Of a DNA stretch of 32,000 nt, positions 1 to 7,370 are shown piece after piece. Source of the stretch: Kineococcus radiotolerans SRS30216 = ATCC BAA-149 (GTDB lineage Bacteria > Actinomycetota > Actinomycetes > Actinomycetales > Kineococcaceae); assembly GCF_000017305.1 (NCBI RefSeq), contig NC_009664.2, positions 3,300,001 through 3,332,000 of the forward strand, in the 5' to 3' direction. The notes under the pieces were generated by a model that made no database searches, was not told the DNA's origin, and was given only the letters and a program-made list of their open reading frames with translations. The translations under genes were made by a program, and so were the position numbers. Within the stretch, counting starts at the first letter, position 1; the number at the start of each line of letters is the position of its first letter.

Positions 1-965
1 GCGACGCCGAGGCGGTCGCGCTGCTGGGCGCCGACGGGGCGGAGCTGGAGGAGCTGGCCGGGCTCGCGGACGCGGTGCGCCGGGCCCGGGTGGGCGAGGA
101 CCTGACGTTCGTGGTGAACCGCAACCTCGACGGCACCCGCGTGGGCGACCCGGCCGCGCGCGGCCTCCTGCACGACCTCGTGCAGGAGGCCGCCGCGCTC
201 GGGGCGACCGAGGTCTGCGTGCAGGGGCCGGTGCCGGCCTCCGCGGGGCCGGAGGGCTACCTGGAGCTGGTCGAGGCCGTCGCGCGGGCGGCACCGGGGA
301 TCCACCTGCACGCCTTCCGGCCCCCGGAGCTGCTGGAGGCCGCGCACCGCCGCGGGTCGAGCCTGCGCGCGTTCCTCGTCGCGGCCGCGGGGGCGGGGCT
401 GGGGTCGGTGCCCGGCACGGCCGCGAAGGTCCTCGACGACGACGTCCGGACCGCGCTGAACGGCGGGGTGCCCGACCTGCCGGTGGCGCGCTGGGTGGAG
501 ACGGTCGTCACCGCGCACGAGGTGGGGCTGACCTCCACGAGCACCCTGGTCCACGGCGGTCCGGAGACCCCGGCGCAGCAGGTCGCGCACCTGCGGCTGC
601 TGGCCGGCGTGGCCGCGCGGACGGGGGGCTTCACCGAGTTCATCGCCATGCCGTCCCCCGCCGGCCCCGGCCCGTCGCCGCGCGCCACGCGGGCGCTGCA
701 CGCCGTGGCGCGGCTGCTGCTGGACGGGTACGTCGACCACGTCCAGGCGGCCTGGCCCAAGCACGGCCCGGACCTGACCGAGCAGCTGCTGCGCGGCGGG
801 GCCGACGACCTCGGCGGGTTGCTGCTCGACGGTTCGCTGGACCCCGCGGCCGGCCAGGAGGCGGGCACCACCCTGAGCCGCGAGGGGGCCGCGGCGCTCG
901 CGGACCGGCTGGGCCGGCCGCTGCGCCAGCGCACGACCCGCTACGGCGAGCCCGCGGTCCCGTGA
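1..965 (+). CDS. FO-synthase CofH / FbiC C-terminal-domain homolog (5' end outside window); radical-SAM Cys triad absent
   Basis: Frame 3 is open from nt 3 to TGA 963-965; track ORF 75..965 is only the part after the first GTG. Translation ...EDLTFVVNRNLDGTRVGD...LGATEVCVQG...IHLHAFRPPE...GLGSVPGTAAKVLDDDVR...TGGFTEFIAMP...GADDLGGLLLDG...RTTRYGEP is collinear with the CofH/FbiC-C family as I recall it. GC3 is near-saturated. The stop overlaps the next gene's GTG (GTGA). Confidence 0.75.
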   Translation, partial: DAEAVALLGADGAELEELAGLADAVRRARVGEDLTFVVNRNLDGTRVGDPAARGLLHDLVQEAAALGATEVCVQGPVPASAGPEGYLELVEAVARAAPGIHLHAFRPPELLEAAHRRGSSLRAFLVAAAGAGLGSVPGTAAKVLDDDVRTALNGGVPDLPVARWVETVVTAHEVGLTSTSTLVHGGPETPAQQVAHLRLLAGVAARTGGFTEFIAMPSPAGPGPSPRATRALHAVARLLLDGYVDHVQAAWPKHGPDLTEQLLRGGADDLGGLLLDGSLDPAAGQEAGTTLSREGAAALADRLGRPLRQRTTRYGEPAVP

Positions 966-2425
966 CCGGCGCCTCGGCCGGTCCCGCGACCGAGGTCGAC
1001 GTCGCGGTCGTCGGTGCGGGGTTCGCGGGGATCGGCGCGGCTCTGCGGCTGGCCCGCCGCGGCCGGGAGAGCTTCGTCGTCCTCGAGCGCGGGGACGACG
1101 TGGGCGGCACCTGGCGGGACAACACCTACCCCGGGGTCGCCTGCGACGTGCCCTCGCACCTGTACTCGTTCTCCTTCGCCCCCAAGCCGGACTGGTCGCG
1201 GGTGTTCGCGCCGGGGGCGGAGATCCAGGAGTACCTGCGGGCCTGCGCCCGGGAGGTCGCGGGGAACCTCCGGCTGCGGACCGAGGTGCTGCGGGCGCGG
1301 TGGGAGGGTTCCCGCTGGGTCCTGACCACCTCGACGGGGCCGGTGCGGGCGCGCGTCCTGGTCCTGGCGGCGGGGCGCCTCACCGAACCCCGCACCCCCG
1401 CGCTGCCCGGTCTGGACGGGTTCGACGGGCCGGTGTTCCACACCGCGCGCTGGGACCACGCCGTCGACCTCGCCGGGGCCCGGGTCGGGGTCGTCGGGAC
1501 GGGGGCCTCCGCGGTGCAGGTCGTGCCCCGGATCGCGGGGACCGCGGCCCACCTGACCGTCTTCCAGCGCAGCGCGCCCTACGTCGTCCCGCGCGGGGAC
1601 CGGGAGTTCAGCGCGGAGGAGCTGGCGGGGTTCGTCGCCGACCCCGCCCTGCCGGCGGCGCTGCGGGAGGAGACGTTCACCGAGATGGAACGGGGCCTGG
1701 CCGCGCGCCGCCTCGTGGCGCAGGCCCTGGACCCGTTGCGCCGCAGGGCGCTGGACCACCTCGCGGCGCAGGTCCCGGACCCGGTCCTGCGGGCCGCGCT
1801 GACCCCGGACTACGAGGTCGGGTGCAAGCGCGTCCTGCTCTCCGACGACTTCTACCCGGCGCTGGGCCGCGACGACGTGACGCTGGTCGCCTCGGCGCTG
1901 CGCGGGTTCGAGGGCCGGACGGCGCGCGCCGCCGACGGTTCCCGCCACCCCCTCGACGTGCTCGTGCTGGCGACGGGCTTCCACGCCGCCCGCCAGCCCT
2001 ACGCGCGCCGCGTGGTGGGGCGCGGGGGGCTGACCCTGGACGCGGCGTGGTCGGGGGGGATGGTGTCGCACGCCTCGACGGTGGTGCACGGGTTCCCGAA
2101 CCTGTTCGTCCTCGACGGCCCGAACGCGAGCCTGGGGCACAACTCCGCGCTGCACGTCATCGAGAGCCAGTTGGGGTACCTGCTGGGGGCGCTGGAGCAC
2201 CTGGAGCACCACGCCGGGGCGCTGGAGGTGTCCGCGGCCGCGCAGCGGGCCTACACCGCCGACGTCGACGCGATGGCGGCGGCGTCGGTGTGGCTGCGGG
2301 GCGGGTGCTCCAGCTGGTACGTCGACGCCCGCAGCGGGCGGCTGACGCTGCTGTGGCCGGACACCGCGGGGGAGTTCCGGCGGCGCAACGGGACCTTCGA
2401 CCCGGCGCCGTTCCTGGCGGGCTGA
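962..2425 (+). CDS. Type I Baeyer-Villiger / class B flavoprotein monooxygenase
   Basis: 487-aa ORF with two dinucleotide-binding motifs (VAVVGAGFAG; VGVVGTGASA), DDVGGTWRDNTYPGVACDVPSHLYSFSF, and the BVMO fingerprint FDGPVFHTARWD (FxGxxxHxxxWD). GTG start overlaps the upstream stop. Confidence 0.9.
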   Translation: MTGASAGPATEVDVAVVGAGFAGIGAALRLARRGRESFVVLERGDDVGGTWRDNTYPGVACDVPSHLYSFSFAPKPDWSRVFAPGAEIQEYLRACAREVAGNLRLRTEVLRARWEGSRWVLTTSTGPVRARVLVLAAGRLTEPRTPALPGLDGFDGPVFHTARWDHAVDLAGARVGVVGTGASAVQVVPRIAGTAAHLTVFQRSAPYVVPRGDREFSAEELAGFVADPALPAALREETFTEMERGLAARRLVAQALDPLRRRALDHLAAQVPDPVLRAALTPDYEVGCKRVLLSDDFYPALGRDDVTLVASALRGFEGRTARAADGSRHPLDVLVLATGFHAARQPYARRVVGRGGLTLDAAWSGGMVSHASTVVHGFPNLFVLDGPNASLGHNSALHVIESQLGYLLGALEHLEHHAGALEVSAAAQRAYTADVDAMAAASVWLRGGCSSWYVDARSGRLTLLWPDTAGEFRRRNGTFDPAPFLAG

Positions 2426-2442
2426 CGCGCCGGTCCGGTCCG

Positions 2443-2880
2443 TCAGGCGGGGCCGCGGCGGGCCCACCACGACCGCGCGGCGCGCCAGGCCCCGGTGGGC
2501 CACAGCGCCCACGCGACGAGCACGGGCTGGAACAGCAGCCGCACGGCCCGCGCGGTGTCGCTGTCGAGGCCGAAGGCGTCGGTGCGGGTGACCAGCTGGG
2601 AGACGTTCCCGGGGAGGACGGCGACGAAGAAGACCGCGGCCGCGGCACCGGCGAGCGGGCGGGCGGGGCCGCGCCAGGCGAGGAGCAACGCCCCGCCGAG
2701 AGCCAGCTCCACCACCCCGGAGGCGACGACGACGAGGTCGGGGTCCAGCGGCACCCACGGCGGGACCTGCGCCTGGAACTCCCGGCGCAGGGTGGTGAGG
2801 TGACCGGTCCCGGCGGTCAGCAGCACCAGCCCCAGGCCGCCCTGGGCGAGCGCGCGGGCCGCGCTGCGGACGGTGGGCAC
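2443..2880 (-). CDS. DoxX-like integral membrane protein
   Basis: 145-aa ORF whose GTG start lies 6 nt after the moaD stop (operon-like). Four hydrophobic helices (GLGLVLLTAGTGHL, LVVVASGVVELALGGALLLA, AAAAVFFVAVLPGNV, LLFQPVLVAWALW). The GHL...E...PGN pattern recalls the DoxX/DoxX_2 family; this assignment is from memory only. Confidence 0.55.
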   Translation of the reverse strand: MPTVRSAARALAQGGLGLVLLTAGTGHLTTLRREFQAQVPPWVPLDPDLVVVASGVVELALGGALLLAWRGPARPLAGAAAAVFFVAVLPGNVSQLVTRTDAFGLDSDTARAVRLLFQPVLVAWALWPTGAWRAARSWWARRGPA

Positions 2881-2886
2881 CGCGGC

Positions 2887-3141
2887 TCAGCCCCCGGCGA
2901 AGGGGGGCAGCACGTCGAGGGTGACCCCGGGGGTGAGCTCGTCCCCGGGCCGGGCCGCCACGGCGTCGAGGAGGAAGCTGGAGGCGGCCAGCACCTTCGC
3001 GAGGTCCGGCCCGCGCCCGGCGAGGCGCTCGACGAGAGCGTCCAGCGTCGTCCCGGCGGGGACGGGGAGCTGCTCCTCCTCCCGGCCGGCCGCCGCGGCG
3101 GCCCCGGCGAAGAACCGGACCCGCACCACGACCTCGTTCAC
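2887..3141 (-). CDS. moaD: MoaD/ThiS-family sulfur-carrier protein
   Basis: C-terminus ...DVLPPFAGG (Gly-Gly) and N-terminus VVVRVRFFAG...AG are typical of beta-grasp carriers. GTG 3141 is preceded by GAGGTGGA. The track ORF extends to an alternative GTG at 3180 that would overlap the moaA stop. Confidence 0.8.
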   Translation of the reverse strand: MNEVVVRVRFFAGAAAAAGREEEQLPVPAGTTLDALVERLAGRGPDLAKVLAASSFLLDAVAARPGDELTPGVTLDVLPPFAGG

Positions 3142-3172
3142 CTGCGGTCCACCTCGCACCTCCACGCCGGGT

Positions 3173-4279
3173 TCACCCACCGATCGCGCTCATCGGGCGG
3201 GTGGGGTGCAGGAAGGCCGGGTCGTCGATGTCGTGCCCGGCCAGCTTGCCCCACATCGCCGACCGCCAGGTGGCGGCGAGCGCCGCGTCGTCGGCCCCGC
3301 CCCGCATCGCGTGGAGCAGGTCCGTCTCCGAGGTCGAGAACAGGCAGGTCCGCACCTGACCGTCGGCGGTGAGCCGGGTGCGGTCGCAGTCGCCGCAGAA
3401 GGGCCGCGTCACCGAGGCGATGATCCCCACGTCGCCGAGCACCCCGTCCGGGCCGCGGCCGCCGGGACCGAGCACGTCCCAGGTCTCGGCCGGGGCGGCC
3501 CCCCGCGCCGCTCCCGGGCGCGGGCGCAGGGTGAACTCCCGCTGCAGGGCGGACAGGATCTCCTCGGCGGTGATCATGTCCTCCCGGCGCCACGTCCCGT
3601 GCGGGTCCAGCGGCATCTGCTCGATGAAGCGCAGCCGGTAGCCCCCGGCCAGCGCCCAGCGCAGCAGGTCGGCGGCCTCGTCGTCGTTGGTCCCGCGCAG
3701 CAGGACGGCGTTCACCTTGACCGGGGCCAGCCCGGCCGCGGCGGCGGCCTCGACGCCGGCCAGGACGTCGGCGTGCCGGTCCCGGCGGGTGATCTCGGCG
3801 AAGCGGTCCGGGCGCAGGGTGTCCAGCGACACGTTCACCCGGGTCAGGCCCGCGTCGGCCAGGGCCCGGGCCCGGTGGTGCAGGCCGATGCCGTTGGTCG
3901 TCAGCGAGGTCCGCACGGGTTCGCCCTCGTCGGTGCGCAGGGCCGTCGTCGCGGCCACGATGCGCTCCAACCCCTTGCGCAGCAGCGGTTCTCCGCCGGT
4001 GAAGCGCACCTCGCGGACCCCGAGGTCGCGTACGGCGAGGCGCACGAGGCGCACGACCTCCTCGTCGTCGAGCACCCGGGCGCGGTCGAGCCAGGGCAGG
4101 CCCTCGGGCGGCATGCAGTAGTGGCAGCGCAGGTTGCAGCGGTCGGTGAGGGAGACCCGCAGGTCGCGGGCCGTGCGGCCGTGCTGGTCGGCCAGGGGGC
4201 CGGACCCGAACCGCGCCGCGTCCGCACCGTCCCTCGGCGGACGCCGGAGGCGGGGCAGGCCCAGGCTGACGGTGGTCAC
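3173..4279 (-). CDS. moaA: GTP 3',8-cyclase MoaA (radical SAM)
   Basis: RVSLTDRCNLRCHYCMP (CxxxCxxC), FTGGEPLLR, and C-terminal FCGDCDRTRLTADG (second cluster). Start set to GTG 4279 because codons between 4280 and the track start 4444 lose the GC3 bias (TCA, CCT, GGA, CAT, ACT, CGA, AGA, CAA, CTA, ACA). Confidence 0.9.
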   Translation of the reverse strand: MTTVSLGLPRLRRPPRDGADAARFGSGPLADQHGRTARDLRVSLTDRCNLRCHYCMPPEGLPWLDRARVLDDEEVVRLVRLAVRDLGVREVRFTGGEPLLRKGLERIVAATTALRTDEGEPVRTSLTTNGIGLHHRARALADAGLTRVNVSLDTLRPDRFAEITRRDRHADVLAGVEAAAAAGLAPVKVNAVLLRGTNDDEAADLLRWALAGGYRLRFIEQMPLDPHGTWRREDMITAEEILSALQREFTLRPRPGAARGAAPAETWDVLGPGGRGPDGVLGDVGIIASVTRPFCGDCDRTRLTADGQVRTCLFSTSETDLLHAMRGGADDAALAATWRSAMWGKLAGHDIDDPAFLHPTRPMSAIGG

Positions 4280-4433
4280 GGGGCCAGCGTAAGCGCGGTC
4301 GCCGTTCCCACCTCCCCAGCGGTCCGTCGTGATCCTCCGTGTGGTGCTGGTCACTAGGGGTTGAGTTCTGCCTCGAGTCGCCCGATGCTCTCCTGACCGG
4401 TAAGGTGAACGGCAGATGAACAGGAGGTGGCAC

Positions 4434-4586
4434 ATGAACAACACTCAGACCAAGGCCGCGTCGACGGTGGGCAGCACGCCCACGGCGCAGTGGATCGAGG
4501 TCCGCGACGCGTCGGGCCGCCGGCACATGGAGATGCGCTGGAGCGTCCCCGGTGCCCAGCCCGCCCCGCTGGCCCACGCCGCCTGA
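4434..4586 (+). CDS. Small hypothetical protein, 50 aa (not in ORF track)
   Basis: ATG 4434 preceded by AGGAGG (4422-4427) at 6-nt spacing. Translation MNNTQTKAASTVGSTPTAQWIEVRDASGRRHMEMRWSVPGAQPAPLAHAA, stop TGA 4584-4586. 48 of 50 sense codons end in G/C, matching the genome's coding bias. Two GC-rich hairpins follow. Confidence 0.6.
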   Translation: MNNTQTKAASTVGSTPTAQWIEVRDASGRRHMEMRWSVPGAQPAPLAHAA

Positions 4587-4597
4587 GACGGTCCCCC

Positions 4598-4669
4598 CCG
4601 TCGACGCCCGCGCGTCGACGGACCCGGCCGCACCGCGCGGCCCCGCACCGGACGCGGGGCCCGCGGTGC
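4598..4669. terminator. Two tandem GC-rich hairpins between convergent small ORF and WXG100 gene
   Basis: Hairpin 1: CCGTCGACGC / GCGTCGACGG, 10-bp stem with 4-nt loop (4598-4621). Hairpin 2: GCACCGCGCGGCCCCGC / GCGGGGCCCGCGGTGC, about 16 bp with one bulge and loop ACCGGAC (4630-4669). No U-tract, as is common in high-GC actinobacteria. Confidence 0.5.
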
Positions 4670-4683
4670 CGCACCCGGGCCCC

Positions 4684-4974
4684 TCAGGGCGTGAACATCC
4701 GGGCGTTGGCGCTCTCCACGTCAGCGTACTGCCGCCCGGCCTGGGCCAGCGCGCGCTGGATGTCGTCCAGCGCGCTCCGCACCCGGTCCTGGGTGCCGCG
4801 CCACTGCCCGGACAGCGCCTGGAACCCGGCGGCGGCCTGACCCTTCCAGCACGACTCCAGGTCCAGCAGGTGCCGCACCATGGCCTCGACCTCCGCCGCG
4901 ATGCTGCTGGACGACCTGGCGACGGCCGCGCTGGCCTGCTCCACGCGCGCGCTGTCGACCTCGAACCGGCTCAT
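4684..4974 (-). CDS. WXG100-family (Esx-like) type VII secretion substrate
   Basis: 96 aa from ATG 4974, preceded by GGAGGAAGAGGA. Central WKGQAAAGF (W-x-G) lies between two helical halves. C-terminal YADVE fits the YxxxD/E export motif. The track ORF start at 5097 is an upstream in-frame extension with no support. Confidence 0.85.
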   Translation of the reverse strand: MSRFEVDSARVEQASAAVARSSSSIAAEVEAMVRHLLDLESCWKGQAAAGFQALSGQWRGTQDRVRSALDDIQRALAQAGRQYADVESANARMFTP

Positions 4975-5150
4975 GGGATCCTCTTCCTCCTCGCGGGACC
5001 CGCCCGCGGACTCGTGAACGGCCGGACCACCCGAAGGCCCGGTGCACGAGGGAACGTAGGTCCCCGCCCGAGGAGCCCCGCCGCCGTTGTCCACCACCCC
5101 GCCGCCGCACGGTCCCCGGTCCCCCCTGTGGACCCGCGGATGACCCGCCC

Positions 5151-5702
5151 GTGACCGTCCTCGTCGACAGCGCGCGCTTCCCCGCCCACGGACGGTGGTG
5201 GGCCCACCTCGCCAGCGACACCTCGACGGCGGAGCTGCACGAGTTCGCCGCCCGGCTCGGGATCGCCCGGCGCGCCTTCGAGGGCGACCACTACGACGTC
5301 CCCGCCGAGCTCGTCGACGCCGCCGTCGCCGCCGGCGCCCACCCGGTCCCCACCCGGGAACTGCTGCGCCGGTTGCAGGTCGCCGGCCTGCGCACCCCGA
5401 AGCGGCGCGGCGAGAAGGTCCTCGCGACCGGCGTCGAGGACGGCCGGCGCGTCGACGTCGTCCGCGCCCGCGCCGTCCCCCTCCCGCACGGCACCCACCA
5501 CCTCGTGCTGGAGGACGGGGGAGCGCGCGTCACCGCCGAGCTCACCGGCCGCGTGCTGGGCTTCCGCCGCCGCTGGACGCGCACCGCCGCCGGGACCGCG
5601 GTCGTCCACGACGGGCTGTGCGCCCCCGACGGGCCCCTCCCGCCCGCCGGGTCGGCCCGGGCCGGGGACTGGTGGGCCCCGCTGCTCGTCCCCGAGGCCT
5701 GA
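5151..5702 (+). CDS. DUF4031 domain protein with about 100-aa C-terminal extension
   Basis: N-terminus MTVLVDSARFPAHGRWWAHLASDTSTAELHEFAARLGIARRAFEGDHYDVP...TRELLRRL matches the DUF4031 pattern as recalled (HL.SD.S..ELH.FA..LG.PRR.F..DHYD.P). GTG start. Confidence 0.8.
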   Translation: MTVLVDSARFPAHGRWWAHLASDTSTAELHEFAARLGIARRAFEGDHYDVPAELVDAAVAAGAHPVPTRELLRRLQVAGLRTPKRRGEKVLATGVEDGRRVDVVRARAVPLPHGTHHLVLEDGGARVTAELTGRVLGFRRRWTRTAAGTAVVHDGLCAPDGPLPPAGSARAGDWWAPLLVPEA

Positions 5703-5747
5703 ACCCGGGCCCGAGGACCGGGCAGCCCGAGCACGAGGCCCCGGACG

Positions 5748-5788
5748 CGCGCAGGCCCCGCCCCGAGCACCGGGACGGGGCCTGCGCG
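5748..5788. terminator. Hairpin between convergent DUF4031 and pepD-like genes
   Basis: CGCGCAGGCCCCG (5748-5760) pairs perfectly with CGGGGCCTGCGCG (5776-5788): 13-bp stem, 15-nt loop. Confidence 0.5.
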
Positions 5789-5795
5789 GGTCCGC

Positions 5796-7256
5796 TCAGC
5801 CCTCCGCGCGGGCCGCCAGCGTCACCCGCAGCGTCTGCTCGGCCCCGTCGCGCACCACCGTCAGCTCCACGGTGCTGCCCACGGCCTTGCCGCGGATCGT
5901 CGCGGTCAGCGACTCGTACCCGTCGACGGTCCGGCCGTCCACGGCGGTGACGACGTCGCCCGCCCGCACCCCCGCGCCGGCGGCGGGGGCGCCGTCGGTC
6001 ACCGCGGCGACCTGCGCGCCCTCGCGGGTCACGTCGCCCACCGTCACCGACGCCGGCTGCTCGGCCAGGCTCACCCCGAGCCACGCGTGCTGCGCCGTCC
6101 CCGACTCCACCAGCTGGTCGGCGATCATCCTCACCTCGTTGGAGGGGATCGCGAAGCCCAGGCCGATGCTGCCCGACTGGCTGGAGCTGGAGGCCGAGCT
6201 CAGCGAGGCGATCGAGGAGTTGACCCCGATGACCTTGCCCGAGGAGTCCAGCAGCGCCCCGCCGGAGTTGCCCGGGTTGATCGCCGCGTCGGTCTGGATC
6301 GCGTTGGTGGCCGCGGTCTCCCCGGTCGTCGGCTGCTGGCCGAACGGGCTCTGCGACGGCGCCTGCTCCTCCGCCGAGGTCAGGACCGGCCGGTCCAGGG
6401 CGGAGACGATGCCCGTCGTGGCGCTGCCGGAGAGCCCCAGCGGGTTGCCCAGCGCCATCACGGCCTGCCCGGCGACGACGTCGTCGGAGTCGGCGAAGGT
6501 GGCGGCCACGAGGTCGGCGGGCGGGTCGGTGAGCTGGATCACCGCGAGGTCCGTCGCCGGGTCGGTGCCCCTGATCGTCGCCTCGTACTGGCGGCCGTCG
6601 TCCAGGGTCACGGTGATGGTCGCGCCGCTGCCCAGCCCGGCGACGACGTGGTTGTTCGTCACCACGTGGCCCGCGGTGTCGTAGACGATGCCCGAGCCCT
6701 CGGCGCTGCCGGAGGCGCCCTGCACGGTCACGGCGACGACGCTGGGGGCGACCGCGCTCACGACGGCCTGCCAGTTCACCGTCGTCTCGCTGACCCCCTG
6801 GACGCGGGTGCTGCCCGAGCTGGTCGAGGTGGTGGCCGCGGTGCCCGCGGTGTCGTCGAAACCCCCCACGAGGGCCCCGGTCAGCGCGCTCGCGGCCAGG
6901 GCGCTCGCGATCGCGGCGCCGGCCACCCCGAACCAGCCCGGGGAGCGGCGCGGGCCGCGCCCACCGCCCCCGCCGCGGCCGTGGTCGTCCCCCCCGCCGC
7001 CGGGCGGGGTCGGGCCCCCGGGGGTGGCCCACGGGTCGCGCTGGCCGTGCTGCGGGCCGGGGGACTGGTCCTGCGGGTGACCGGGCCGGTCGTACCCGGC
7101 CCGGTTCCAGTCCCACGCCTGGGGCTGGGTGGGGGCCGCGTCGTGGCCGCGGGCGCCGTCCTCGCCGCGGGCCCAGGTGGAGACGACCCCGCCGGCTGCG
7201 CCGGACGGGACGTGCTCGCCGCCCTCGGGGGTGTGGCGCTGGTGGGAGCCGTTCAT
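5796..7256 (-). CDS. HtrA/PepD-like trypsin-fold serine protease with C-terminal PDZ domain
   Basis: GSGIVYDTAGHVVTNNHVV (His), TDLAVIQL (Asp), INPGNSGGALLD (Ser), then a PDZ-like tail (GAQVAAVTDGAPAAGAGVRAGDVVTAVDG). The N-terminus is a Gly/Pro-rich disordered segment plus one TM helix (WFGVAGAAIASALAASALTGALVGG). Lies downstream of the RR-HK pair, as in mprA-mprB-pepD. Confidence 0.9.
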   Translation of the reverse strand: MNGSHQRHTPEGGEHVPSGAAGGVVSTWARGEDGARGHDAAPTQPQAWDWNRAGYDRPGHPQDQSPGPQHGQRDPWATPGGPTPPGGGGDDHGRGGGGGRGPRRSPGWFGVAGAAIASALAASALTGALVGGFDDTAGTAATTSTSSGSTRVQGVSETTVNWQAVVSAVAPSVVAVTVQGASGSAEGSGIVYDTAGHVVTNNHVVAGLGSGATITVTLDDGRQYEATIRGTDPATDLAVIQLTDPPADLVAATFADSDDVVAGQAVMALGNPLGLSGSATTGIVSALDRPVLTSAEEQAPSQSPFGQQPTTGETAATNAIQTDAAINPGNSGGALLDSSGKVIGVNSSIASLSSASSSSQSGSIGLGFAIPSNEVRMIADQLVESGTAQHAWLGVSLAEQPASVTVGDVTREGAQVAAVTDGAPAAGAGVRAGDVVTAVDGRTVDGYESLTATIRGKAVGSTVELTVVRDGAEQTLRVTLAARAEG

Positions 7257-7370
7257 CCTCGTTCACCTCGCGGAGTCGCAGGTCTGGGTCTCGTGCCGGG
7301 CGCGGGGACCGCGCTCACACCACCCAGTAACGGCCACCAGCCTGCGGGGCCACCCGGAGCCGCCTGGAAC

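Noticed and set aside
4280-4433. Possible Moco riboswitch or other structured leader upstream of moaA
   Set aside because: The 154-nt divergent gap is less GC-rich and upstream of a Moco-biosynthesis operon, so I looked for the Moco RNA motif. I could not find the conserved elements I remember, such as a GGAAAGG-type 3' segment pairing over the SD, nor a convincing multi-stem architecture. A covariance-model scan (Rfam Moco_RNA_motif) would settle it. A plain sigma70-like TTGAGT-17-GATGCT (4361-4389) for the small ORF is about as well supported.
4280-4444. Longer MoaA N-terminus starting at track ATG 4444 or GTG 4354
   Set aside because: Codons in this stretch lose the G/C third-position bias and encode MLFMCHLLFICRSPYRSGEH..., which is unlike any MoaA N-terminus. 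The region also has to host the promoter and SD of the divergent small ORF.
4427-4840. 137-aa plus-strand ORF overlapping the small ORF and antisense to the WXG100 gene
   Set aside because: The translation is Arg/Pro-rich and runs through two terminator-like hairpins and the opposite strand of a well-supported WXG100 gene. The alternative frame (4434-4586) has the SD and the codon bias.
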